Counted from the first letter of the whole stretch, positions 12,847 to 26,653 are shown. The stretch is DNA of 63,902 bases, filler included, from Intoshia linei (GCA_001642005.1; 7 parts of 7 records of this genome joined end to end with filler, not necessarily neighbours in it), one strand, 5' to 3'. Translations and numbers: made by a program. Notes: a model not told the origin generated them from the sequence alone.

Positions 12847-15800
12847 ATGTCAAGTAATGTGAATCTTAAATTAGGAGATTATGAATGTAAATATGCAAAT
12901 AATTATGATGATGGAAGCAAAGTAGTGAATGATTTTTCTTCCAATTTGTTTACAATTAAATTAAAACTTTGCCGTCCCTCATTGCTCGAATTTCAAGGTG
13001 GTGCCGAGAATGGGAAATTTTGTATTCTCAACCAACAATCTATATTCGACTGCAACCAACACGTAAAATCAAAAAGTCCTTTTTGTTTGTCACAGATTTA
13101 TACAAATGCATATGAATCCTTATCTATCAATACATCCATCATTCTAAAAATTAACAATATTTTTGTGGGGGGTTTTACAATAGATGATATGATTCGATTA
13201 ATGCTGCGTATGGGAAAAGATGCGAAATCTGAAAATTCCGATGCCTTTGAAAAACTGTCTATTTATGACGAGGATTTAATTACGCTATCTTTGTTGAAGT
13301 ATTCAGAATCGGAACAAATTTTTCCTCAAAATCTAGACGACTTTTTACGAAAAAAATGCGAAACCGACAAACAAATTGCAGCAATGCAAACCGCATTACG
13401 AGAAAATTTGTACAAACGATCAGTGCCAGTTACAACTAGACCTAAAAGAGACCATGAAACTGAAAATGTGGATTATATTTTCATTTCCCAAAAACAATTT
13501 ACACAATTGCAGCAAGATAACCTCCTCATTGAGTTTGGTTGCTTTAATGGTAATTATTATGGCACTCCCAGGCCAAATTTACACATTTATACTGCCTCAG
13601 ACAATAATCAACCTTTGAATAATACTATTTTCAACGAAATAACTCTACCTGCTGGATGGGAATCTGTCCAAGATGAAGAATATGGGGTTTATTATGTTGA
13701 CCATGTCAGAAGAAAGACCCAATATGAAAACCCTTTGTATGATGGGTTTCCAAATGACGTATTTACCAAAGATGTTGAGCAGCTTTTAGGAACTCATTTG
13801 GAAACAAATTTATTAAAGACAGATAAAGGGTTTGGTTTCAGGATTGTCGGAGTCGGTGAAGACGATTCTGCTTTCATTCAAATAAAATCAATTGTTATAG
13901 GCAGCCCTGCTCACTTAGACGGTGTTTTACAACCAGGAGATATTTTAGTGTATATAAAAGATGTGTGTGTTCTGGGGTACAGCCAACATTCTGTAATTGA
14001 CCTATTTAAATCAGTGGGTGTCAATGAACAGGTTCGGTTTAGAATATGCCGTGGTTATAGAATGCATCGAATCGAGAGTGAAATTTCTAAAGTTCAAAAT
14101 ACAATTAACAATCAAACCGATGTTTCAAATGAATATTACTGTCTTAATTCTTCCAATCAAAATGCCAATTCTCTTCAAGGCTATCAAAAACCCTTACCAA
14201 GCATGTTTGGTAGACGGAATTCAACTGATGCCATCAAAAGTGTAAACGCTCCTGGTTCTTATTCTGATTATGATAATTTAACTATTAATTCAAATTCAAT
14301 TAGCAATTCAACGGGTGTGGTTTCATCAAATTGCAAATGCTTTCAGTATATATCGATGAACATGGAAAAAGGGAAATTAGGGTTTGGTTTTACTTTGACT
14401 CAATCCAAGCATGGCTTGCATATCGTAGAAAAAATTGTTGACGCATCTCGGTGCCTCAGTCTATGTAAAAATGACACAATATTCATTATTAATAATGTGG
14501 ATGTTACCAAAATGAATCATTTAGAGGTAGTAGAATATCTTAGAAGTCTACCTGTAAATGAAAAGTTTAATTTTGTGGTACAACGCAAAAACCAGAAACA
14601 TTTTAATGGTCCACTTGGAGATGTTTATTCGACACCTCAGACCCATTGCAATAAACCCGTGAATAATACCGTCAAGCATCAAACTTTAGGTGGTAAAAAC
14701 AAACTTTGTCATATTGATAATCTCACCGACATTGGGTACATTTACAATAAAGATTACTGCTCTACGTTACCCAAACAAAAAATATTTCCTGCAACAAACA
14801 CCAAAGAATCTCAATCTACTAAAACCAACGATTGCATTTCCAATTATAGTAGATCTATAGAATCTCCTATCAGCGTCGAAGCCGATCAATCTGATTATAG
14901 TAAAAGACATTTAGTTAATTCTGGGTTTGTAAACAACATTGCTAAAAAATTGGATATACAGTTCAAAGCTGAATCTGTAAACCGTTTAAACTTTCCATAT
15001 TTATACATTCATGTCGAATTAACGGTGGGTGAAATTGTCCCAGGGTTTGGGTTTAGAATAATTGGAGGCAGCGAAGAGAATACTTCAGTGAGCATTGGAA
15101 GCATTGTACCAAATTCTAGTGCCCAACAACAACACATTTTAAATGTGGGAGATGTTATTGTATCTGTTAATGAAGATATTGTAGATGGAGAGTCTCATGC
15201 TACTGTTGTTCATCTTATTAACGAATCCAGAAAATTGGGGTTGGTACAATTGTACATTCGAAGAAATTTTAAAAATAGATTTTCTGCCAAATCTTTTATA
15301 GGTAATGATTAAATTACTTTTTTAATTTATGCAAATTTGGGTTCAACTGAAATTTAATCATTTTTAATCTATATTATTATAATAATTATGCATCAATGAG
15401 GCAATGGTTCAACATTGTAACGGTGTGTGAAAAGTTAACGCCGTATTTATGAATTGATTTTGAATCACTGCAAAGGTGTAATTAACGATTGGTTGCACGA
15501 TAAGGGTGATTAATATACATTGAAACTTTCCCGATCTCATATTATAAACCGTTTACCGCTTTGACCCTGGTCTAAATTAAATTATAACATTGCATGTTTT
15601 ACCTTTTCAAATACATTATATTACATTTGATTCGTACTTTTAGATAATTTTCAACCGTCGAAAAGTACTTATATAGACAACAATATGCGATTACAAAAGA
15701 ATCAATACACAGTTATTTTAAAAAGAGATTTGACAAAAGATTTTGGTTTTGGCATCGTTTCTTCTGTGTGCCGTGATAAATATCCTCAAATTGGTATTTT

Positions 15801-17369
15801 TAATGTTAAACTAAACAACTCAATTTATTGTTTAGGAAATTTTACCAGAGATTTTGAAAAAGTTCAATTAAGTGAAGGGGATAAGATATTGACAATTCAG
15901 GGAATTTGTACAAAAAAATTTTATCATGCTGAATTGATCGATATAATTCTAAAGACCCCAAAAATTTTGAGATTAACTTTAGAAAAAACCTCGGATGATG
16001 ATGTTTATAAGCCTGCCAAAGAAATGTAATATTATAGTTTAATCATTGTGATATCTTTTTAGATTAAAAATTCAGGACAATTCAAGTTCTTCTAATAATC
16101 ATAGTTCTCATGTAATTTTTATTACTATTAAAACAATGATTCCAGATTGGAGGTCCAAAACTATATACATTTGGGTTCGTGAGATTCAAATTAATATAAA
16201 AATAATATATAAAAAAAATTTATCAAATTTTGTATTTTTTTATAGGAGAATTTTCATATTTATTACAGAGTTATCAGATTTGGGAGTTTATGCTGAAACC
16301 TAGACGACGGCGACATTATTATATCAAAAATTTCACTTTTATCCCACCATTAATAAAATTTAATAAAAAATACCAGTTCAACTCTAGCGAAAAATTGATT
16401 TTTACCAATATTTTTTTGAAAAATCCAAATTTTACCAACCTCATTTATTTTTCACACATTGTTTTGAAAATTCTGATGAGCAACAACTTCTTAATCCAAA
16501 ACAAAAAATCCCGTTTTCCAATATTTTTTGAAAAACAGAATTTTACTAATCTTATGAGAAAAACCTTTTATTTTAACCCAATAATAAAAATCTAATTTTA
16601 CCAACTCTTAATGGAATATTCCCTTTTGTTTATGAAAAACACTATTTTATCAAATCTTATGAGCTACAACTTCCAAAACCCAAAATAAAAAATGCTTTTT
16701 TTCCATTATTTTTTTTCGAAAAACACGACTTTACCAAATCTTATGAAAAAACCTTCAATTTTTTCATAAATGTATTTTATTTCATGCTTCCTTTGGGGTT
16801 CAAAAAAATAAATATTTTGAAATGGGTGTCCGTACACTATTTGAATTTGGAACCACTGCAGTGTATACAAAACAGTGCACAGTTTTAAACTGGCTTTATT
16901 GAAAATAAAAAATTTTTAAAAATTTGAATTTTATTTGTTGATTTTCAATTAACTAATAATTTAGTTAAATATGCATATTTAGATTTCCAATATGAGTACA
17001 TATACCATAGATTCTGAAAAAGAGTTTGCAAAAATAAACGATAGAAAACATCATTTGAAGAAACCATCTTTACCAAGAATAATGAAAGAAGCAAAATCAA
17101 AACTAATCAACATTGAATTAAAACGTGGCAAACATAAAGGTTTTGGTTTTTCGATACGAGGAGGTCGTGAATTTGAAAATATGCCAATACACGTACTAAA
17201 CATTGCTAAGAATGGAATTGCTGACATTGACGGTCGTTTAAAAGTTAACGACCACATAGTACAAATCGAAGGTCAATACACCGATAAAATATACCACGAT
17301 GAAGCTTTATCTATAATTAACAACTGTCAAACTAAAATCCATATTATAACAAGACAAAATATACACTAA
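12847..17369 (+). CDS. MAGI: MAGI (membrane-associated guanylate kinase, inverted): GK, one WW, five C-terminal PDZ; exons 12847-15301, 15644-15793, 15836-16025, 16063-16111, 16983-17369
   Basis: GK motif VPVTTRPKRDHETENVDYIF...YYGTPRP; WW motif LPAGWE..YYVDHVRRKTQYENP; PDZ GFGF loops including GFGFRIIGGSEE and GFGFSIRGGREFENM. Splice phases are consistent. Confidence 0.93.
16134..16858. mobile_element. hAT-type non-autonomous element (CAGTGGTTCC-like TIRs) with internal ~29-bp subrepeats, in last MAGI intron
   Basis: Left CAATGATTCCAGATT and right AATTTGGAACCACTG; internal TTTTACCAA.. units; related copy in opposite orientation from 19078. Confidence 0.6.
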
Positions 17370-17405
17370 CACCACCCGTAAACGTAGATTTAATGTAAAT
17401 AAATA

Positions 17406-20400
17406 TTAAAATAACAATTTTACATTTGTAGGCATGTTTCTGGATATATCTATATTCTAAAAATAATTTTTTGATGTATATATTAGTAATTAGTAATTAC
17501 TTTTAAACTTTTTAAAAGAGTTGAAACATATTGGTTATTTTTTCGACATATAAATTTATTTAGAGCAGATTTGGCGGCTACATAAATCAAATAAAATATT
17601 AATATCATAGTTAACCTTTGCCGCGTTTAACGCTCCCAGGAACAATTTTGGCTTTAAAACTAAAAATATAATGTTACATTTGTAATATTATTAATTAATC
17701 AACGTGACACTAGGTTAATTAAAACAAATATGACAAATTGACTAACAAAGTTGATTTGAAAGAATTACGAATATTGACTCAAAGCTGAATAAGGTGCAGC
17801 TACCGCAATACAAAATTCTGGAATATTATCCAAAAAATCGTCTGTATTGAATCGAAAGTTTTTAATGGCATCACATTCTGTATTTGTAGTATCAAAATCA
17901 AGCTGTAAACAATATAGTTAAAACAAGGTGTAATATTACCAATTCAAAGTTTGAGGAGGGTTTTAAATCTAAATTATACGGAATGTATGAAACATTTCAC
18001 TAAATACAAATTACCAATTTTTTTGACCAAGTTTATATTTTTCATAGATTTTGTTTTGACTGTTTTTTCATTAGACTTTGAATTTTTCTTAATTTTCTCT
18101 GGTTTTTGATGAGATGACTAAACAATGAAATCAAAATTTATATAGAAAATACGTTTAGTATTTTCATGCATTGTTCATAATCGTCTGGATGTTGATTTCC
18201 ATATTTTTTTTTAATTTTTTTGAGTTTACCCTACTTTAATTATTAATATTAAATTTATACAATTATTTTATTATATAACATACCTTTTGTCGGCGTTTTA
18301 GTGTGACAGGTTTAGTAGTCTTCTAAAATTATTTTTAAAAATAAACCAAAATTATACTGTTGTCTCTTCTGTAATGGATGCTTTATATTCATCATACGTT
18401 ACTTTCTGTTTAATTCTAAACAATTATGATAAATATTAAACTGTATAATTACTCCAAGGTAGGTGTATCTGCTTCAATTGGCTTTTCTGTGTTTACCACC
18501 ATTACATCCAATATCTCACTTGAAAAGTTTAATTCACTTAATTCAATGTCTAATTCAATGCGTGTAATTAAATTGGAAAGTATTTGAGATATTTGTTGTT
18601 TCATTATAACGTCAATATCGACATTTTTCTCATCTGTAAAGATTTTCGGAGGTACCTTAAAGATGATTCCAAAACCATACACCAATCGGTCAATTTTCAT
18701 AAAATGTTTATCGCCTTTAATCGCAAAACTACCTTTTGTTAAATATTCACCTGTTGGAGCCGTTTTTGTCACTTGGTTAGAATAAACCCACCAAGCTTGT
18801 TCTAAAATGTGTTCGTTCCAACATGAACTGTTTACGACAGACATTAAACCGGCTTCATGCAATGTACGGTTTGGTATTTCCAGGTTTTGAGGGTTTTTCA
18901 CAATTACAGATGAACCACCATGTACGTTAGCGTGAACATATATATCCGACTAATGATAATAATTAAATTTTATTTCTTAAATCGGTGTCAATATAAATTT
19001 TTCCTAACCTGTTTTAACATTTCGTTAAATTTATTGATTAATTTTAAAAAAAATCAAATTTTACCAACCCTTTAAAACAGTGGCTCCCGATTCATAAATA
19101 GTGTACGCACCCATTTCAACATATTTATTTTTTTGAACCCAAAGTAAACATGAAATATACAACATTTATGAAAAAATAAAAGGTTTTTTATATCATAAGA
19201 TTTGGCAAAATCGGATTATTAACATTGTTAATAAAATATTTCGGAAAAAAAAATATGAAAAATTAGATATTTCCCTTTAGCGTTGGCAAAATTAAATTTT
19301 TTATTTTTAATTTTTGAAGTTGTTGCTCATAAAATTTGGTTAAATTAGATTATTCAAAAAAATATCGGTAAATGTCGATTTTTCTCTAAGAGTTGGTAAA
19401 ATTAGATATTTCCCTTTAGCGTTGGCAAAATTGGATTTTTTATTTTTAATTTTTGAAGTTGTTGCTCCATAAAACCTCTTATTCCAACTCCATCATAAAA
19501 ATCTAATTTTACTTGAGGGTAGGTAAAATTGGATATTTACTTTTAGGCGTAGGCAAAATTGGATTTTTATTTTTAGTTTTGGAAGTTGTTGCTAATAAGA
19601 TGTAGTTAAATCGTATTTTAAAAAAATATAGGAAAAAGAGGATTTTTCAACTGAGAGTTTCAAATAGTAGTTTTTATCGGTAAAATTCCAGCACTAGTAT
19701 AAACAGTAATAAAAGACACAATATGTACAACAGATGAATACAATATTGGTTTAGCAGTCTCATTTTTGACCTCTATCGACCACCTGACATTTTATTTTTA
19801 TTTAGAACTACTTGTAGGTAAAAATTTAAAACTTAAAAAGAAACCGAAAAAGATTAAAAATCAATTGACTACTCCGTAGATTATAGGGCAATGTTTCTTA
19901 TCCTAGACTCCAGGACCTGGAGTACGCAGACGATGGCATAATTAACTGTCAATTAAATTTTAAAAATGGTATTTTACGAAAAATGAACTCAATAGTAGGA
20001 CATTCCATATCGCTGAAAAGCACTGATGGAATCATCTAAATCTGAAATTTGACAGGTTGGGAAACAATATAAAACAAAATAAATATAAACATTTACCTTA
20101 TTCAAGTATCTTGACATCAACACTTCATTTTGCATGGCATCACGACCTCCAATAACAATAAAACCATCGGAACTAATAAACCACAAAAATTTTTCAAACC
20201 AAAAGGGTTTTCGAGATTTTTTAATTCTGTCCATTTGATTCGCCTCTCTCATAAGCTGATTACACTTGACCTGTGTGGATTTGATAGCTTTTTCAGACGA
20301 CTCGACAGTTTTCTGATACTTAATCATATTATTTTTTTTATTGTTGTAATGCTTTTGAATATTGGCATACGGTGATAAATTCAAATTAACAGTGACTTTT

Positions 20401-21716
20401 ATGTCTTTATCAGATTCGAGATCGTGGATATTTAAGAAAAATTCGTTATCGCGTAAATTTAACCCTAAAATATATTGAACAACCTCAACATCACCATAAA
20501 CTTTATGAAACTTTATTCCATAAAGTTTCATATCCTGTAATCTCTCATTAATCAAATCCCAATTACAGTCATTTTGTTTAATTTTACCGAGAACATCGAT
20601 AGCATTAGATATTCTGGTTAAATTTGATTCCATGTTTCTAGCATTACTTTCCAAAGTTTTACTTTTTGAGATTAAATGTTGAGTTCTGTTTAAATGATCT
20701 TTCACTACATTTCTGTGTCTTTTCTGAGCTTTTTCGACTTTTTTATTAAACTGAGATTCCAACCGTTGATCAGACTTTGTAGAAAAATAAACATCTACGG
20801 CTTCATTAAAACTGGAATATTTTTCATTTTTAGTGAGAAAAAGCATTTTGAACGGATAAAACCCGGTAAATTTTTTTTGTTCTAAAATGTCAGAATGTAC
20901 ACTCACTCCCACAATTTCTGATAAACTCGAAATTTCGAGTGTTATAACTGATTCAGTGAATTTGTTTAAATTTAAAAAATCGTCAACAAAAGTTATGGTA
21001 GTGTCATGAATTTTTTCAACCATATTTTCCAATTGGACAAATTCTTCCAATTTAATGTTAAAGGATAGATTACACAATAACATAATATGATGTAGTAGCT
21101 CTGATCCGTAAAAATAACTATTTCTAAGAGTTTTGTTCATTACTGACCCTGGTTTAGCATTTTCCACGCTTTTTTTCATGTTTTCCAAAAGATTATCTTT
21201 TTTCTCCGGTAATACATACGTAGTTCCAATTTTATAGAAATGAGGTGAAATTTCGTCAATTTTTGGAGCCAAATAACGTAAAGACGATATTACTACATAT
21301 TTTGCATCCGTTAAAATAGCATTTCCTTTGGAATATAACTGAACAATCAAATAATATGCATATTCCTCGAAACCTAATTTAAAAATAATGACACGGTCTC
21401 CAGAAGGTTGGAAAATGTCGGAAATTATTTTATTATTCAAATGTCTTCTCATTTTTATTGCAAAAGATAATGGCATCAAAGTTTTGTTCCACGAATAATT
21501 TGTCAGGTGAACTCGTTTACCTGGTTCAAAAATTAACCAAAATTTTCTTCCTTTTCCGTTAAGTTTTACTAAATGACAATTTTTTTTTGTACACTGTTGT
21601 TTCGTTTTATCATCTTCTTGAATAGAATATACATTTTCAACTCTTATGCCTAGTATTGTCTGTCTTAGTTCCTTTACAATACACGAAACATCAAATGAAC
21701 TGAATCCTTGTTTCAT
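17406..21716 (-). CDS. NEMF: NEMF/Rqc2 ribosome quality-control factor; large exons 21716-20097 and 18949-18453, then several small exons ending at 17406
   Basis: N-terminus MKQGFSSFDV; WFEKFLWFISSDGFIVIGGRDAMQNE|SDIYVHANVHGGSSVIV; QVTKTAPTGEYLTKGSF; GKLKKIKKKYGNQ; AVAAPYSAL..FKAKIVPGSVKRGK; ends NIDISRNMPTNVKLLF*. Several 35-37-nt introns. Confidence 0.95.
19078..19695. mobile_element. Second copy of the hAT-type subrepeat element in NEMF intron 1 (right end approximate)
   Basis: CAGTGGCTCCCGATTCATAAATAGTGTACGCACCCATTTC.. matches the reverse complement of 16750-16858; arrays of TTGG(C/T)AAAATT(A/G)GATATTT. Confidence 0.6.
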
Positions 21717-22040
21717 TTTCAAAAATATGACAGTAATAAAGATATCATCTTTTTATATAAAGATTACGTTTAAGTTTATAGAAATTACTCTCAAAACTTT
21801 TAGAACATAATATACAATGATTCTACAATTCTACGAGACAAATCAACGAAAAGAAAACAAGCCAGGATTTAATTATTATACTAGGTTTTTGTATAATGAA
21901 AATTATGTATTGTTTCTAAAGTATTTGTTATTAACAAAATTATGTTGATTTAAAATTTTTGTCATAGTACCGTAATTCATAATTATATTTTTTCCAATAA
22001 TTTATACAATTTTGTACTTGCAATAATCATTATAATATAA

Positions 22041-22910
22041 ATGGACAAATTCAATCTTCCCGTATGAAACTACATAAATAAACTGAAATTGTTAAACTTA
22101 GTCAGTGTCTGGTGATCAAAACATGAAAAATTCAAAACAGGACGATTTAAATAAAGCTCATGCATTGATCAATAGCAATGTTATAAGAAACTTGACAAAT
22201 TCTTCAATTTATCCAGATGATGAATCAAAAAGTAATTTATTACAAAATTTTATCTAAATTAATCTTTCACATTACCCACTCGCAACGTTTTTTTACATCT
22301 ATAATTGTGGTTTTAAAATGGATTAACCTGGTTTATAGTATTTTGGTAACAAATGCAAGTCATTGAAGGGAATAAGGTTCTAATCAAATAGAAATTAAAT
22401 CAAAAGTATGTACAATAATGTATTGTAATATTTTACATTTAGTGGATGACCATTTTAAATTGGATGATATGAAAAATTTGAGCTTACCTCCACCTCCAAC
22501 GCCTATGTCGAATGCAACTTCGTTACCTCCTCCACCAACTCCACAACACAATCAGTCTGTACATTCATTTACTCAAGATATTTCATCTCAGAATATTAAT
22601 TCCATTATTGTATCCGAACCTGATATCATGTATCCTACACCCGTCATTCAGTAATTTTAATTAACCCTTTCACTGTCTGATGCAATTTTATGTACTATCA
22701 CCACACATCTGGAATTTATGTTTTAATTTAAACTTGTATTATTTTTAAATTACTTATGTGAAAATGTAAAAAATAAAAGAATAAAGTTTTTCAAAATTAT
22801 GCTGTGTATATCATAGAATACAGACAGTGAATGGGTTAAATTATTTTATAAACGCTTTTAGAAATATTGTTACTACATTTAACATTGGGTGCTCCGTCAA
22901 TCTTAAAATG
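22041..22910 (+). CDS. TBP: TATA-box-binding protein family gene, 5' part only; exons 22041-22061, 22102-22231, 22443-22650, 22862-22910
   Basis: Low-complexity N-terminus with LPPPPTP repeats, then PTPVIQ|NIVTTFNIGCSVNLKM, matching the start of the TBP core (PQLQNIVSTVNLGCKLDLK). Four exons join in frame. Later core exons were not found before the spacer; TBP versus TRF is unresolved. Confidence 0.65.
22665..22835. mobile_element. 171-bp piggyBac-type MITE with TTAA TSD in TBP intron
   Basis: TTAA|CCCTTTCACTGTCTG ... CAGACAGTGAATGGG|TTAA (14/15 TIR match). Confidence 0.88.
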
Positions 22911-23814
22911 GTAATTTATATTATTCATAACGCATATTAAAATAGTGTGTAATCAATCGTTACGTACTATTTTTCAGTAGTACAAATTTGTGTTGTCCAA
23001 CCTTGAAAATGAAACTATTAAAATTTATGACCGTGACCCATATAAACTAATGATTCTTACCGGAATAATTTAGTGGATGAAAAGTGCGGCCTTGTGATAA
23101 ATAATTGTGTAGTTTACAAAAAATATTTAATGATAGAAATTAATTAAAATGCAAACATGTTTTTTTATGAGATTTAATTATCTACATATAGTAGGTAAAA
23201 ATGAAACATCGGTAGAGCCGAACCGACCGTACCGAAACCTCTTCGGGTTTCGATCAGATTTTTGTAAATTGGCGGCTGATTTTTACAAATTTGTTAGCGT
23301 CGTTTTGTTTGTTATTTAAATACTCAATGGCTTTATCTACTGGAGAGTTCACTTTTATTGATCGATTCTGTTTCATTTTTTCTGTTCGTATAATAACATT
23401 TTTTATTGCCATTGGTAAGGTTTATATTGGACAATGTTAGAAATAGTTTGGGTTGAATTGTCGTTTTGATTATCTCGAGTATAAGAAATAGGTGGATGAC
23501 GTTAATGAACGTATTTCTGAAAAAATGCAACAAGTTATAAATAGGGTTAGTTTTTAATTTTCTTTACAAAAATTAAAACTAGTCTATAAAAAAAATAAAT
23601 TCATTTATTTCTTTAATTTCCAAATTTACTGACTTTATAGCATTTAAAAATTTTTGATATGATATACCCATTTAAATATTCTTTTTACGTTAAAAAATGA
23701 GTAAATTAATTTACATACTTATTATTAATGATTTATACACGCAATGATATTTTTCTATACATGTTTATACACCAAATTAATTTAATTATACAACGAAAAT
23801 TTAACAAACAAATA

Positions 23815-24170
23815 CTACTCTTCCCTCACTTTTTTAATACCACATTTTATAATAGTCTTTGTTTGGTTCGGTGATATCCATGAAATATCAGGATTTTGAA
23901 AAAACATTACAACCTTATCCTTCATTGTTAGTTCAGTTTCAACTATTTTCACAATATTTGAATCAAACTTTTCCTTCAAAACTTCATTCATTATCATGGG
24001 CCAATTACTTTCGTTTTTAGGGAGTGCTTTAATCAACCTTGACTTTGCTTTACATAAAGTTTGTGGTGACATAAGATGTTAGATTAATTAATTTATTTTT
24101 TTGTTTTAACCGGAATTTCTGTACTCTCAATTTTGTCTGTTGTTTCACTTTTTCGTATTTTTCTCCACCT
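23815..24170 (-). mobile_element. Probable transposase-derived ORF remnant, family uncertain
   Basis: SPQTLCKAKSRLIKALP...KVVMFFQNPDISWISP resembles N-terminal segments of invertebrate DNA-transposon proteins; lies in a repeat-filled intron. Confidence 0.3.
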
Positions 24171-25084
24171 ATAAAAATATACTATTTAATAGTAATTATT
24201 AAATTATTACAGCAGAGGAAAATTATTATAAATTTTTAACACATTACATTATATTTAAAAACACGTCTGATCAACATTATAATTATTTTATTTCCAACGT
24301 TTTTATAATTATCTTTAATTTATTTATCATTATATACTACATAATTTTATCATATTGAAGTACTGATATTTTTATCAATGTGATAATATATTATTTATTT
24401 GTTATTTATTATTATTAGATTCCAATAATTCCTACTTGGGGAACCTCGACATTCTTTCGAAATTAAAGAATTTTTTTATGAGCATAGAGAATATTAGGTT
24501 TGGTGTTAATTATTATTAGTTAAAACTTAATTGAATGTACAATAATGTATAATATTTTTTCAATTAGTAAATAAAACAATAATAATTATATACCTTCTTC
24601 TATAATTTTTTTTTCTTTCTCTATCATTTTTCTTGATTTCATCGTTATTTGTCTAGATAACTAGATATGTCGATTTATATTTCTACTTAATATTCTGTAA
24701 AAACAAATTTTTATCTAACATACATCAAAGCGTCTATAAATAGTGTTTAAATATAATTTTTTTGGCAGGTATTTTATAATTATTGTAAAATATAGGATTT
24801 ATGCTCAACATTAACAAAAAAAATAAATCTAATTTATCACTTTAATTTTTGCTATTTTATGTAGAGAATGGGCATATTATTTTAAAATTTATCGCCTTTA
24901 TTTTTGAAAAGAATTTATCAATTTGACTAATGGAAAATTTTTAACTTTCGCTTGTAATTTTAATAATGAATAACTGAATTCGATTGAGATTAAATTTAAA
25001 TTAATATTTATTTAAGAAATTAGAGTTACACTTTAGAATCGTTCTCATTTCTAGTAATTTAAGGCTGATATGAGTTGATCTTTT

Positions 25085-25774
25085 ATTGTATCCTCCTGCG
25101 ATACTAAAAACTTTCAATCATTGAGGAACTCAATGGGACACACAATAATTTTAGTGTCAAAGGTTTTAAATGAGTATATTTTTCATTATTGGTCCACCAT
25201 TTAATAGGATTTAGATATCAAGATTTGTGTTTTATAGATTTCCTTTTGTTTTATTATTTATTTTATTTTTATTCAAAAAGGCATAGGGGCCATATTTTCT
25301 ATTAATGTGGTTGTAGAGGTGATTTGATTTTGAGAAATCATTTCTTGAATTGCTTCAACACATAAATCGTATTCAATTCCTGATTCATCCAAAGCATCAG
25401 TTTTATATCTTGGATCCAAAAATGTTGCACAAATATATAAAGGATCTCTTAAATATTTGATTAAACAACTCTTTTTTTAATCTTTCAATATGTCGTTTAC
25501 AGTCAGTTGCACAGTGTGTGCAAAACATCTGACAAAATGAGCATTTTGAATTTCTATCATATATTTATTTTGTTCAGGAATGTCTTGATCAAAATCATAT
25601 TCGTCGACATTGAGAGCTTTTACATTATTAGAAGCATTGTCTGCAACAGTAGTTGAAACTTTGTTGTTTAAATTCCAATATTTTATATGCTCAACGATTT
25701 TACTTCTAATATTTACACCAGTGTGTCGTTGACTGAACAGTGAACATGAAACCAAGACTTCTACCCATGTACCA
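25085..25774 (-). mobile_element. Degenerate hAT (Ac/ZBED-like) transposase fragments
   Basis: HTGVNI..WNL..TTVADNASN..VRCFAHTVQL; ATFLDPRYK; PIKWW..LLCVP (hATC dimerization region); stops and deletions. Confidence 0.88.
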
Positions 25775-26653
25775 NNNNNNNNNNNNNNNNNNNNNNNNNN
25801 NNNNNNNNNNNNNNNNNNTTAATTAATTAANNNNNNNNNNNNNNNNNNNNNNNNNNNNNNNNNNNNNNNNNNNNACATTGCATGTAATTAACTCCGTCTT
25901 TTTTAAAGTGTTTTAGTGAATTCATGCTGTTGAACGATAATATAAAATAATAATGAGATTTTATTCTAAATCAATTCAAATTGTAATTATACATCAAAAT
26001 TGCTGGTAATAATTTTGATATCATCTTTGATGATGAATTGTATAACAATAAAACAATTTTTAGTGATACTATAAAATTTTTGAATTGAATTTAACTATAG
26101 CAACTGAACTTTATATTTGGTAACTGTTTTGACATACGACAATATGTAATTAATATTCAAAGTTCGACGAAAAAAACAAGTGTAGAAGTGATTAATAATA
26201 ATTTTACAAGAATTAAAATGTCTGACTAAATTTAAAAGTTTTAATTATACATTTTAATCTACATACTATTGTATATTATCAACCAACATTTTTCAAATAT
26301 TTCGATTAAAATAAAAATTGAAAATATAAATATTGATCCTACAATTTTAAAAATAAAGTGCAATTTGTAGATCTATGCATTTCCAATAAATAAATATGGG
26401 TGAAGATCTATATAATTGATTCCTTCGGTTTTTTTAATTACTACGCAATTTTTGATTCTCAAATTCTCATTTTCAAAACATTTTGTTTAAAATTTAAATT
26501 AAAACTACAACAACGAATTACTAAAAGTAATACAATTTTGTTATCATCATTTTTATATTTATTCCAATGATTTCCAATATTGCCACATATGAAACAAAAA
26601 CTATAGCTTTAGGAAAAGTTTAATTACATAAAAATACCATTCAGTTTTATAAA

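Noticed and set aside
16230-16595. 121-aa ORF inside MAGI
   Set aside because: Lies in a repeat element within an intron; F/K/N-rich with no motif.
16390-19660. Periodic ~29-bp units as a CRISPR-like array
   Set aside because: Eukaryotic context, degenerate units with no unique spacers, no cas genes; these are transposon subrepeats.
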